Shown piece after piece: positions 15,756-27,611 of a stretch of 64,000 nucleotides of DNA. The notes below the pieces were generated by a model. The model was not told the DNA's origin. It saw nothing but the letters and a program-made list of their open reading frames with translations, and did no database searches. The stretch's first letter is position 1, and each line of letters begins with the position of its first letter. The stretch is from Neoconidiobolus thromboides FSU 785 (Eukaryota; Fungi; Entomophthoromycota). The position numbers and the translations under genes are program-made. Location of the stretch: the NCBI GenBank assembly GCA_025603075.1, contig MU626259.1, positions 62,001 through 126,000 on the forward strand, read 5' to 3'.

Positions 15756-15828
15756 GCTCCGTTAGCTCAGTTGGCAGAGCGTGGTGCTAATAACGCTAAG
15801 GTCATAGGTTCAAGCCCTATACGGAGCA
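15756..15828 (+). tRNA. tRNA-Ile(AAT)
   Basis: 73-nt cloverleaf GCTCCGT...CTAATAA...GTTCAAGC...ACGGAGCA. Confidence 0.95.
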
Positions 15829-15848
15829 GCTTATTTTTGAGCTTGACA

Positions 15849-15933
15849 ATAAGGGGAGACATTTTTTCCATCTTTTAAGCATTATTTAAGTGGAAGCTCT
15901 ACCAGTAAGATTCAAACAAATACATCCTCATAT
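15849..15933 (-). mobile_element. MITE-A copy, internally deleted, 20 bp downstream of tRNA-Ile
   Basis: Reverse match to the consensus. Confidence 0.7.
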
Positions 15934-16924
15934 AGCTTAAGAAATCAACCAAAAAATAATATAGAAGATGGGTTATATAAATGTATAAGTAGGGGCCAAT
16001 CAAACCTCTGATAGTCTTACAATTTACGTTTACCTTTCTGACTGTTTCCAAGACATAAGAGTTGATGAAAAGTATAAATCACTTTCTTATTAGACCTCCT
16101 TCTATGATGATGGCAATAATGCTATGGGATGTATAACGAGTTGTTTTATAAACCAAGTTATCAAAAGCTATATATAGGACATGTTATGATATAAATTAGG
16201 ACAAATTCTCATATAACTGAAAATAAAGAGTAAGCAAAAACAAATAATATCTTGAAGATTAAAAATAAGAGCTTAAGGTAGAATAGATATGCGCTTACTA
16301 AAGGTTGAGCAATAAGACATAAATGAATATGTGCTCTATGATTTTCCCATGTATAGAGCAAATGAGTATGAGGCTCTAATCATAAGATAAATATGACATA
16401 TTGAATTAGAAAGTAATATGTTCCTAATGGGGCTGCAAATAAAATATAGCTAATTTATAATCAGATATTCATAGGGTACTATTTGGATGATCCAGTTAAT
16501 CAAGAGAATACCGAGAGGTTTTGATATGTTTTGTAGCACTTTATTGAAGAAAAGTTATTAAAAAAGGAATCGTAAATGTCAGAAGAATCTTCAGTTTTAA
16601 TGGGCCGTTCTCCCCACCTGTCCAAAAACAGAGTTGTAGTATATTTTATGAATTCCATATACATTTGCGACTATTATGATGAGTGATTTCCACTTTATTT
16701 AGAATTCAAGTATATCATTTTATTTAAAGTTATTTGAAATAAAAACCTTTATTAATACTGATGGTACATTTATTAAAATTATATAATTAAGACATACATA
16801 AGGAACATAGGCAAATTCAGAGAAATAGGAATACAACTAGTGGTTAAACATTTACACCTAACTACAAAACTATCCAATATTTTATACACCCTGCAGCATA
16901 TGATGCTAAGCAAATTGATCTCTG

Positions 16925-17675
16925 TCAAAGATTATAATTTATCTTAGCATCCACATAACTAGGTAGTATTTCTTCCGTCTTTTCATGTGGGATAACCCTC
17001 TTATCCAGCTTCATTTTACGATAATCAAAGCTCTTATTGCCAAAATTATACTTAATTAGTGTACCAGGAGTACAACTGATAGTTTTTGAAAGTGGGAGGC
17101 CATCAAAGGAATAATCAAAAGAGCACAGCTCTATACCATTACAAATAAAAATCACTTTGTCATCAATCATATCGTAATAGCATCCTACAATATCCCCTCG
17201 TTTTAAAGTTGGCCCATAACTGTTTTTATGGTTGATGTTATTAACTATAACCCCGTTATTTTTATTACTTAAAAGAATATGGTTATCTAATGAGTTAAGT
17301 TAGTCATTATATAAAGAGTTAATTATAAGCATTACAATTAAACTTTTTCTTACTATCACTTGCATACCCAATAAATATATCAGCGTCTGGTCTAAGATCC
17401 ATAATTTTGATTTCATAATAAAACCAAGTTTGATTCAGTTTAGAACACTCCGACTGTAAAATACAACTTTTGATAAAATAAATAGTATCTATACCCCCTT
17501 TCTTTACATTGTCATTGTTTTCATTGATATTAAATTCTTTAACTTTCATTCCATTAGTTAATATTATATCATCTGATTTCGTACGATAGTGATCCTCTCG
17601 TAAACATATGTCCTTGATTAATCCCTTATCCTTTATGGCATATACCATCAATTTGCAAAACTCCTTTAAACCCAT
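16925..17675 (-). CDS. SPRY-domain protein, two exons
   Basis: Spliced WFYYEIKIMD...IFIGYA...SYGPTLKRGDIVGCYYD...IFICNG is the SPRY pattern; GT-AG intron joins the two ORFs in frame. Confidence 0.7.
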
Positions 17676-18664
17676 TTAAAATTAAAAATTTAGAAAATAC
17701 AAAAAACAAATCTCTTTTTAGTCTGCTTTGATTTCCATTAGTTCAATAACTATAGCGCCTAATTTTAAGATCATTTATGAAATTATTGGTTTACCATTAT
17801 TTACTATTTATACTTTTCTTTGTTCATTTTTTGATCTTTAGGATTAGCGGAAATAATCTTTTCAAGACCTATCATTACCCTTTTAAGCTCAATTTCTAAA
17901 AAGAAATTGAGAACATCTTTTTTACACAATATAAAGCTACGTTCATTTATATACAAACCAATCTGTTTTTATTGTCTATTTCACACATTCTATATTCATT
18001 AATTGATATCAGATAATATCTACTTTGGTGTATAGATAGGTTATTTGGCTGTTTTTATGAACTTATCAGATCTCTTTTTCTAAATTTTAACTATAGATTA
18101 TATTAGCTTTTCCTCTTTATTTTTAAGTATTTTCTACCCTATTTTTTTGACTTAAAATTATGACTTTATTTTCGAAATTCCATTGTTTGTAACCCAAGTT
18201 CTAAAGTAACTTAAAAATAGTGGACTTTTATAACTCTGCAAAATAAATTTGACAAATTTACTATGAACTTCTTAATGAATTAGTCATGCTTAATTGAAAA
18301 AGATAGTTTAAATAGACTATGTTATTACATATCAACCTTTATTAATTCTAGGCTCATAATTTATCATAATTGAAAGTTGGTAACTTTTCAATATATTCTA
18401 TAATTATGAGTTTGCTTCTACTTTGGATTTAAACACTACTTATTAAATTCATGTTACAGTGTTACTCATTTAAACATAAATCGCACCCAAATTTTAGGTA
18501 GGAATTATTAGTTCAATTTATGCACACCAAAAACCTTTCAAAATTCAATCGTTTTATAAAAACTATAGTATTTTTAACCTACTACGGCTATAGCAGAAAA
18601 ATTTAAACAAGCTAGGGTATAAACTTTTCGATAGTAATTGCAACAAAAGTAAGCAAAATTTAAA

Positions 18665-18780
18665 ATATGAGAATGTGCTTTTGTGTTTAAAAATTCTACT
18701 AGCAATCTTTCCACTTAAATAGCACTTAAATAGTACTTAAAAATGTAAAAAGTGATAAAGCCAAAAAATACATCCCCATA
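18665..18780 (+). mobile_element. MITE-A copy with a short internal duplication
   Basis: AAATAGCACTT AAATAGTACTT; ends CATCCCCATA. Confidence 0.8.
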
Positions 18781-18782
18781 CT

Positions 18783-18885
18783 ATATTGGAGATGTGTTTT
18801 TTTGTTTAAAATTTTAATACTAATTTTTCCGCTCAAGTAGAACTTAAAAATGGAAAAGTAATGAAACCAAAAAAAACATCCTCAT
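18783..18885 (+). mobile_element. MITE-A copy (tandem partner)
   Basis: Match to the consensus. Confidence 0.75.
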
Positions 18886-19140
18886 GCCATAAATTCTCGG
18901 TTTTGTTTACTTTTGCAATTACTATCAAAAAGTTTACCCTAACTTGTTTAAATTTTTTCTCTTATTATAACTGTAATAAGTTAAAAACATGTAATGTAAT
19001 TTCTTATAAAATATAATAGATAACTAATAAATCACAATAAAGATATAGCCATCGAATTTCAAGCTAATGGTTCTTTTGTATTATGAATGTTGACCAATTG
19101 AAGCTATTATTTTTCACAACTTAAATATTGAAATAAGGTT

Positions 19141-19245
19141 ATATGGGGATGTATTTTTGTATTTAAGAATTTTACTACAATCTTTCCACTCAAATAGCGC
19201 TTAAAAAATGGAAGAATAATGAAACTAAAAAAAACAGCCCCATAT
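19141..19245 (+). mobile_element. MITE-A copy
   Basis: ATATGGGGATGT...CCCCATAT. Confidence 0.9.
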
Positions 19246-19542
19246 ATTACAAAACAAATCGTATATAGAACTTTCGTTTGCTTTTACTTAATTAATATCG
19301 TAGATTACTCGATTTCAAACACTTGAACCAGCTCCAAAAAATGAGCTGATCTACGGTAACTAAGATCATTAATATCATTAAATTCTTCTAACCCTTACCT
19401 TTTCTTTGTAGTTTATTTCAGTTTTTTATTTCTTAATAAACCAAATCGTCTACCTAGATGAGTAAATAGAAAAATATTTTAAGCTATTGTTGTTACTTAA
19501 ATTATTTTTATAAATACAGTTTAAGTTTATTGTTTGGCATTA

Positions 19543-19642
19543 CACAGGGGTGTTTTTTTGGTTTCATCACCTTTTTCATTTTTTAAGTGCTATTTGAGTG
19601 GAAAGCCTATCAGTAAAACTCTTTAAAAATACACCCCTATAT
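19543..19642 (-). mobile_element. MITE-A copy
   Basis: Reverse match to the consensus. Confidence 0.75.
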
Positions 19643-19875
19643 GCTAAAAGATTGGCTATATATAATCAAAGTTAATGATTTTTCTTTGATCAAAACTAAA
19701 TTATTGCTTATATTTAATTATAAACTTGATTAATTATATACCCTTTATAAGTATTTTTAACAGAATGAAATCGATTTTCCTGATCAAAGGTATAGTATTT
19801 GATTTCATTGTTATGATCATAGATTATATTTTAAACCTAAATAAAATAGCTAATTATATATAACTTTGACTAAAT

Positions 19876-20342
19876 CTATTCAGAATGTGGACATAAGTTG
19901 CTAATTATAGCCTTTTTAATTTGAGAAATCATAATATCAAAGTTTATACCATTGTGTTTGCCAACTAAAATAGCAATATTTGTTTGGAGTCTTTAAGAAC
20001 CACAAATTTCAAATTCCTACCAACCAACAACTCACTATCAGCATCAACAATTCCTCTTCCACTTATAGAGCTATTGATGTATACTAATCTACAATTTCTC
20101 TAATACATGGCATACTCTGTTGCATTTCTCAACTGAAATCTTTTTTAAGGTAGCTTTGGTACTGTCTGGCTTGTTACTAATTTTAGTTTCTCCAAAAACG
20201 CTTTCTCTTTTCGGCTTGTTTCTTCACGCTCTCATTAGATCAAACCGTCCCATTTTTTGTTGCAGTCGGGTTGAGTTTTATTAAATTCACTTATTATCTA
20301 ATCGTTTATACCGTTAGGAAGTTCATGATTGAAATCTTCCAT
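19876..20342 (-). pseudogene. Pseudogenised paralogue of 21576-22034
   Basis: Colinear by-eye alignment (YAMY*RNCRLVYINSS..ELLVGRNLKFVVLKDS vs HAIYMKNGKLWYIDSS..ELIVNEGLKSVVEKDS); 5 in-frame stops and one 1-nt frameshift. Confidence 0.8.
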
Positions 20343-21416
20343 GTTTGTATATGAATTGATTAGTATAAAAGTAAATTAAACTTTGAAAAGTTGTAAAGAT
20401 TTATAGTTAAAATTACATACTTTAAATAAGATAAAAAAAGATAACATCTGTTGAAAATGACTAGTTTTGATCATCTCGTGAAAACATTTTTTATTACGCA
20501 TACAAACAGATGATTTGGTTTTCTTGAGGATGAGGCTTTATAAGGAGTTCATAAGAATAATGAAATACAAAATTTTATGGAAATGGCAACTTTTTATAAT
20601 TATACTAGCTAATTATTGTATCAATATTAATTTGATTGAATATCAGAATAATTAATTATCTTTGATTGATCTATTATAGATAGTTTGTTATTTGTAATGG
20701 TATGCTAAACTCTTAAATCATTGTTGTATTATGTTTTGTGTACTATCTATAAAATATTTTGAAAAATGACTGTGCTATCCTAAACTCCAAGTATAAGATA
20801 GTCTTTACATAACAAACAGCACACTGAACAAACTTGAGTATTTTCATCACTTTTTTACTTTATAATTTATTGGAATATAGATAAACCAAAAAGATACTAA
20901 GAATTGTGCTGTAAAAATCATTTGCCACAAAGTTCAAATAAAAAAGTAGATGTTGAATAGGGCTCCTCTAGCTAAAGTTATACTTAAATCAATAAAACAT
21001 AAATTATAGATAAGCGTAGGAAAATACTATAATGAGAATATTAATATTGAGTCTAGGTTGATGATTTTTTCGTATTTTACTTTCAATTAATTGACACTGT
21101 TGTGTTTAAAACTTAAATACCGAAATAAGTTTACACAAAATCTAATGAACATTGTAAAAAACTTCAGTATACTTTTAGTTATACAATTTGAATAAATTAT
21201 CATTTAAACGCTAAATAAATATAATTGTGAGGTTCATGTTATATTGTGAAAAGTTGGCTATGTATAACAAATGATTAATACATCATTTTGTAGTCAATAT
21301 AACATTATTGTTTATATATGTATACAAAATAACTTAATATTATATCCTTTCAAAATTCCTTTGATATATTGAAATTGGTTTCATCAATCAAAACTACCAA
21401 TTTTTTCACTTTTACA

Positions 21417-21521
21417 ATACGGGGATGTTTTTTTTCTTCATTACTTTTTTCATCTTTTAAGCGCTATTTACGTGGAAAAATTGCTAGTAAAATTCTTAAA
21501 TACAAAAATACATCCCCATAT
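21417..21521 (-). mobile_element. MITE-A copy
   Basis: GGGGATGT...ACATCCCCATAT. Confidence 0.85.
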
Positions 21522-21575
21522 GTAAAAGGTTCCAATATGAAAGATAAGAATTCTGTTCAATACTAATAAATTTAT

Positions 21576-22034
21576 TTAATTAAAATTGATATGTAAATAA
21601 TCAATTATGATTCCTCGAATTTCCAATGGCATAGTAGCAAAGCTTTGATTACTTAATTCTTCAACCAAGTTATCAATTTTCTGTGAAGAATCTTTCTCAA
21701 CTACTGATTTTAAACCTTCATTCACTATTAACTCCTTATTATCATCTATGACCGCTTCTCCTTTTGAGCTATCAATATACCATAATTTTCCATTTTTCAT
21801 ATAAATGGCATGCTCTTTATTACGGTGATGAATTAAAGAATTTTTTAAGGTAACTTTGATATTCTCTGGGGTGGTTGCAGTTTCTACTTTCTTTAGAAAA
21901 TCTTGGTTTTTTCGGATCATTTCTTCTTGTCGACGTTTGACGCCATCTCGATATTCTTTATTGAAGTTAGGATCGGTAGCTGCCCACCTATTTGCTATAA
22001 GGTCATTGTAACTACAAGGCATATAGTAACCCAT
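21576..22034 (-). CDS. Orphan 152-aa protein with a C-terminal F-box-like motif
   Basis: Intronless ATG ORF ending FATMPLEIRGIIIDYL; an adjacent decayed paralogue supports coding status. Confidence 0.7.
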   Translation of the reverse strand: MGYYMPCSYNDLIANRWAATDPNFNKEYRDGVKRRQEEMIRKNQDFLKKVETATTPENIKVTLKNSLIHHRNKEHAIYMKNGKLWYIDSSKGEAVIDDNKELIVNEGLKSVVEKDSSQKIDNLVEELSNQSFATMPLEIRGIIIDYLHINFN

Positions 22035-22832
22035 TTTTGCTTTATCTAAGTATAAATAATTAATATTAAAATTTAATGAAAAATATTTTGAAAGTTGAAA
22101 ACTACTTACATATTTTAAATGTGATTAAAATTTATAAGTTACTAATAACATAAACAGTATTTATACCATCTCATAAGAATAGTAAGATGTAATAATTTTG
22201 CGAATAAAATTCCATATTATAATAAACTTGTTAATTACTATAGTAAATTCATTTTATTGGATATTTGGATAATTCATTACGCTTAGTTTATTTAAAATGT
22301 ATAGTTTAATATTTATAATAATACTTTACCTTTGTAAATCGATGTTTCATTATATTTTATATGATAGTTTCAACTGTTTTTAATAGTAGATTATATCATC
22401 ATAATAAGTTTTATTATTGTTGCTATTTTCAGTGTTATAGAATTCGGTACTCAAAACCTGATTGCTTTATATTAGCTATAAAAAAGTTTACAATAACTTT
22501 CTAAGTATGCAAAATATGAAAAAATTATTTAGTAATGAAGTTATATTGTAATAATGAAAAAAATACTATACAATATAGCTAAAAAAGATAAAAAGTAGTT
22601 TCCAGTAAAAATTTGAGGATGTAAATAAAGTTTAAAATTTAGTTATATAATAAAATATTGTGTTTTAAGGACAATTGTTTATCCAAGGTTATAATCCTGG
22701 ATAAAGCTGATATTCACATGCTCCAAATTATATAGTTAAGATAGACTTTAATTCATAAGCATGGAATACTTGTTAATAAAAATAGTAACTTATTTTTCAT
22801 TACCATTTTTTTTAAAATAAATCATAGGTTTA

Positions 22833-22938
22833 ATATGATGATGTTTTTTTGGCCTTATTATTTTTTCCATCTTTTAAGCGCTATTTGAGTGGAAAAATTG
22901 TTAGTAAGATTCTTAAACACAAAAACACATCCCCATAT
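22833..22938 (-). mobile_element. MITE-A copy
   Basis: Reverse match to the consensus. Confidence 0.85.
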
Positions 22939-23619
22939 AGTAGTTAAAAATACTAAACATTTGTTTAGAAATTTCTATTTTTTAATAAAAGCAATTTTTA
23001 GCTAATAACTGAGTTAAAAGCAAACACAAGGTAATTTTAACTTGTTTTAATTAAAAACTAAATCTTATACTAACCCTCCCTAACCCTAATATTAATACTG
23101 ATTAGAATATTTTTAATCTTAATTCCAACCCTAACTTTCACTATATAGAAATTGCTTTTCTAAACTTTTCAAGTTAGATGGCTGTTCTTTTTGATTGGAA
23201 CTTTTTTCCTCAATTTTTGCAAATGAAATTGCCATTTTATGATGAAGAAAATAAGAGCCTTTATCAACCTTGACTATACCAAAGCAATAGTGTTCTAGTG
23301 ACTTTATTGATCATAATTCAAATAAAAAGCAAAAGTAGAGTTTATAAAACATGATCGATATAACCAAGTTAATTTTTTCATTTTATTTTTAATATATTCC
23401 AATAGCATAAATAATATCCCTTTATATCAGGGGGGACATAAATGATACTAGACAGTAGAGCCACTTTTAATCCCAATTTTAAACCTTATCTTAATAAAGT
23501 TTGATAATGATTACTATAAAATTTTAATATTTCCTTCTCTTCCTTCTGTTTTTCTTAGATTTTTGTTGCTTCTTCAATTTGAAGTTTACTCTTTTGAACT
23601 CCCATAATAGATTTGGAGT

Positions 23620-24060
23620 TTATACTTGGATTAATGTTTCTCTTCATTCTTGTTGATAGAATTCATTACCGCTGGATCGAACACTTAGTTTAAGAAACCA
23701 AAATTCCATTATGCTTTACTGTTGTTTAAATTCTAATTCAACTCTCAATTTTTCCTTACTAACTCCATCACTCTTAGTTAATATTACTGCTATTTCGGAT
23801 AAATCATTACTCAAATTGAGAGTATACCCAATTTCACTATTATTATTCCTTTTTTTCCTGTGGTGTTTTTCAATTTTTCCCAGCAGGTTAATCGATCAGG
23901 GTAGTTTTACGTTCAACACATTTAAATCCTCAATGATCCTGGATGCATCTAATAACTTATCTAATTCACAGTGTTTAATACGCTTCAGAGATAAATATCT
24001 AAGTGACTGGTATTTCCAATAATTATAGCTTTGAAAAAATAGTCAAAGTACTTTATAATA
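23620..24060 (-). pseudogene. Degenerate coding relic, identity unknown
   Basis: One minus frame reads protein-like (KYQSLRYLSLKRIKHCELDKLLDAS...) with scattered stops. Confidence 0.25.
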
Positions 24061-24917
24061 TTTATTCAATTCATTCGATTTTTAACACTCTCATTAATAC
24101 TAGCTAATTTCTATTTGACTGTATTAATAAATTGGGGACAATTGATGGTATAATACGGTTTTTTAATCATCCTCTTATTTATACCTTTGTATTTTTTGTT
24201 TAATACCATGGATAAAGCCCTTGTTCTTTAACATTGAGCATATCTGCTTCACTCCTTTTATTAGCATCAATAATTTTTTGGTTAGTATATTTTCGGTTCT
24301 GCTGATTATAAATTAAAATAATTTATCAATCCACTTAACTAAGTAAACTTATCACAATGATAAATTTTTGTTCATGAAAAGCGGATATCGCTCTATTTAC
24401 AAAGCGTTGGAAAATTAAAGGTACTCTATGGACCACCTTGATGCACGTATTATCCAGAACGGCTCCATTTTTTATAAAAGTTTGGAAACTTGATTTATTC
24501 AATTTAAGAAACAAACCTTATTGATTTCAACCTTTCACTTATATCCTTTCAAAAATTAAAATTTTGGATCATTTCCAATATGATTGGCCAATTAAAACTT
24601 GGAATTTAAAAGTTGTGAAAATATTCTTTTTTTCCTTTATATTTTATCAATCCTAAGTTTCAAGGATATACTAAAGAGTTCATCATTATCTAGTTTAAAA
24701 AAGTTCATCATTTATTTATAATAAAAAACAATAATTTACCGTAGTATATAGTCAAATTCAAAAGCTATACAGCAACTATCTCCCAATCTTAAAAGAGATA
24801 ATCCATCTTTAGTTTTATTGCCAATTATTTCTTATTTCAAGATCAAAAAACTTTATCTGAAGGTAAGTAATTGAAATTTAGATCTCGTTTCAAACTTAAC
24901 TTCTGTTATAGAAAACT

Positions 24918-27611
24918 ATGACCAAAACTAACAGCACCTCTACTTCCTCATTATTAGTAGCAGTAAGAGTACGGCCATTTACAATCGAAGAAAAAGGAAT
25001 ATTAAATCATGAAGAAGAACGGAATTCCCATGGGATCAACTTTGTTAATTATAGTAATAAACCTAAACAACATGGTATTAAACAAGTGGTGTTTCCAATT
25101 GGAGAAACCACAATTTATTTTGACCCATCGACCAATTCAGATTCACAATTGAATAAAAATTTAACAGCAAGGACATTTCGAAGAAGTCAAAGAAGTTTAG
25201 ATAAAAAATTTCAATTTGATAAAGTATTTGATGAAGGATCAAGTCAAGAAGTAGTGTATTATGAAACATGTACTAAACTATTAAATGATTTATTTGCTGG
25301 TTTTAATGCTACTATTTTCGCCTATGGTGCAACTGGTTGTGGTAAAACCTATACCATTAGTGGTACAGAAGCTGAACCAGGTATTATATTTTTAGCAGCT
25401 CAAGAAATATTTTCCAGGATTAATAAGGAGAGTGAAGATAAAGTGTTTCCAATCTCAGTATCTTATTTAGAAGTTTATAATGAAGAATTAAGAGATTTAT
25501 TGGTTAGCAAAAAGCAGCAAAGAAATTTAAAATTAATGGAACATTCTGAGCAAGGGGTGATAGTTAATGATTTGTCAATGCATTCACCAAAAACAGTGGA
25601 AGAATTAATGGATTTAATTAAAGAAGGTAATAAAAATCGAGTTATCGGTAGTACTAACGCCAATGCTATTTCCTCACGTTCTCATGCCGTATTAAGAATT
25701 ACATTAAAACAAACACCTAAATTATCTTCCAACTCCACCAAAGCAACTATTTCTACACTAAGTATAATTGATTTGGCAGGCAGTGAAAGAGCTTCTGTAA
25801 TTAATAATGGAAGACATAAAACGGAAGGATCCAATATTAATAAATCGCTATTAGCACTTGGAAATTGTATTAATGCTTTAGCTAAAAAAGAAAATAAATA
25901 TATACCTTATAGAAATAGTAAGTTGACAAGATTGTTGAAATCCTCCTTAAGTGGAAATTGTAAGACAGCAATGATTGTTTGTTTAAATCCATCAAGCTCT
26001 TATTATGAAGAATCATTGAACACATTGAATTATGCCAATAGAGCTAAAGAAATTAAAATGAAAGCAACAAAGAATATGATTAATATTAATACTTATTTTT
26101 CGCAACATAATGATATTATTCAAGGACTTAGAGATGAAATTAAAAAGTTAAAAGAACAGTTGAAGAATAAAAGGGAAACTAATGTTCTACAAAATCAAAA
26201 TTCAAATCATGGAAATTTATTGAGCCTTGAAAAACTTCAAGAATATCAAACATATCGCAAAGTGGCAAAGATATCGTATAATAAATATTTAAGTAAGAAA
26301 TTGAACGTTAAAAAGAAAGAATTTATTATCAAAATAATACAAGATATGATGAAAATGTTAAATAATTATACATTATTTTTATTTAATAATAATCCATTGA
26401 AATGTAATAATAGATTTAAAAAAGAAATTAAATTATTAATGGATAAGTTAGAGGAGGAGAAACAGTTACATGTGAAAGAATATCCAAATAGTATACAATC
26501 AATGAAAAATGATTTAGAACTACATGAGAGATCATTTAAAAAAGTAGAAGACAATGTAATTCATTTATTTGGTAATTATTTAGCACAAATATTAAAAGAA
26601 GATCAAATTACAATGGAATTATTTTATGATAATAAATATCAACAATTTTATAATTTGGGATTAAAATCAATGAACTTACAATGGGAAATATTAACTGAAG
26701 ATAAAAGTAATTTAAATTCAATTAATTTAATTAAATTCAATCAATTTATTGAAGAATATAAGAATACAATTAAAGATATTGAAAACTTAGATGAATTAGA
26801 TCAATTTAAAATTCAACCCTTTACTCCTAATTTATTAATACCAAACGAGTTACCAAAATACAAACTACCTAATTTAAATTTACTAAATCATCAAAATCAA
26901 AGTAAATTATCCATACCAATTAATTCTATTAAATTAACTAATTCAAATAATAATAATAATAATAATAATAAACCAAGGTTATCTATGCCAACAAATACAA
27001 CATTGCGTCATCAGCCTAGATTATCAATACCAACAAATATAACAATACGTCATCAACCTAGATTTTCAATACCAGCAACAACTTCATCAAAATCATTTAA
27101 CAATACACAACAATCTAAACCATCTATACCAAAGAATAATAGTACATCAACAATATCATTAAAATCAACTAATGAATCCAAAAATCAATTAACAAGTCAT
27201 GATCCATCTATTCCTATTATTTCCAATAGTTCACCAAAATGGATTACGCCCAATAAAAGACCATTTCAGATGATATTATCACCCACATTGTTAGCTCATT
27301 CACAAGGTAAATTAAGTCATCCATTACCTTCGGATCCATTAGAAACAAGAAGAAGGATTCGAAAAAGTCCAGCGAAAGAAAGGATGAGGTTTCAACCTGA
27401 GAAATATATTCGACCTAGTAAATCAGCTTTAAGTAATAATAACAATAATAGCAATAATAATAAACAAAAGAAAAGGGTAAGGATTGCTGCTTATTCTCCA
27501 CCACCATCAAGAGAATCTACTTTAAAGAAAGAGGATGGTAGTGGATTAAGAAGTAATAATCTTGAAGAAGATAATTTTATTGATAATATTGAAGAGGAGA
27601 AGGATTATTGA
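24918..27611 (+). CDS. KIP3: Kinesin-8 (Kip3/Klp5-6 family) motor, intronless
   Basis: P-loop GATGCGKT, SSRSHA, IIDLAGSER, NINKSLLALGNCI, IPYRNSKLTRLLK, YEESLNTLNYANRAK; coiled coil and low-complexity tail. Confidence 0.92.
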   Translation: MTKTNSTSTSSLLVAVRVRPFTIEEKGILNHEEERNSHGINFVNYSNKPKQHGIKQVVFPIGETTIYFDPSTNSDSQLNKNLTARTFRRSQRSLDKKFQFDKVFDEGSSQEVVYYETCTKLLNDLFAGFNATIFAYGATGCGKTYTISGTEAEPGIIFLAAQEIFSRINKESEDKVFPISVSYLEVYNEELRDLLVSKKQQRNLKLMEHSEQGVIVNDLSMHSPKTVEELMDLIKEGNKNRVIGSTNANAISSRSHAVLRITLKQTPKLSSNSTKATISTLSIIDLAGSERASVINNGRHKTEGSNINKSLLALGNCINALAKKENKYIPYRNSKLTRLLKSSLSGNCKTAMIVCLNPSSSYYEESLNTLNYANRAKEIKMKATKNMININTYFSQHNDIIQGLRDEIKKLKEQLKNKRETNVLQNQNSNHGNLLSLEKLQEYQTYRKVAKISYNKYLSKKLNVKKKEFIIKIIQDMMKMLNNYTLFLFNNNPLKCNNRFKKEIKLLMDKLEEEKQLHVKEYPNSIQSMKNDLELHERSFKKVEDNVIHLFGNYLAQILKEDQITMELFYDNKYQQFYNLGLKSMNLQWEILTEDKSNLNSINLIKFNQFIEEYKNTIKDIENLDELDQFKIQPFTPNLLIPNELPKYKLPNLNLLNHQNQSKLSIPINSIKLTNSNNNNNNNNKPRLSMPTNTTLRHQPRLSIPTNITIRHQPRFSIPATTSSKSFNNTQQSKPSIPKNNSTSTISLKSTNESKNQLTSHDPSIPIISNSSPKWITPNKRPFQMILSPTLLAHSQGKLSHPLPSDPLETRRRIRKSPAKERMRFQPEKYIRPSKSALSNNNNNSNNNKQKKRVRIAAYSPPPSRESTLKKEDGSGLRSNNLEEDNFIDNIEEEKDY
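26990..27075 (+). repeat. 42-bp coding duplication in the kinesin tail
   Basis: PTNTTLRHQPRLSI / PTNITIRHQPRFSI. Confidence 0.7.

Larger units (their letters stand above)
18595..18960. mobile_element. ~60-bp-arm inverted-repeat element enclosing a MITE-A tandem dimer
   Basis: AGAAAAATTTAAACAAG.TAGGGTA..ACTTTT.GATAGTAATTGCAA at 18595 is mirrored at 18901-18960. Confidence 0.65.

Noticed and set aside
23068-23135. CTAACCCTCCCTAACCCTAA telomere-like tract or telomerase template
   Set aside because: Only 2-3 imperfect units and no supporting TER structure
23620-24060. Alternative genetic code (TGA readthrough) to rescue broken ORFs
   Set aside because: All three stop types interrupt the relics, and intact genes end with standard TAA/TAG/TGA
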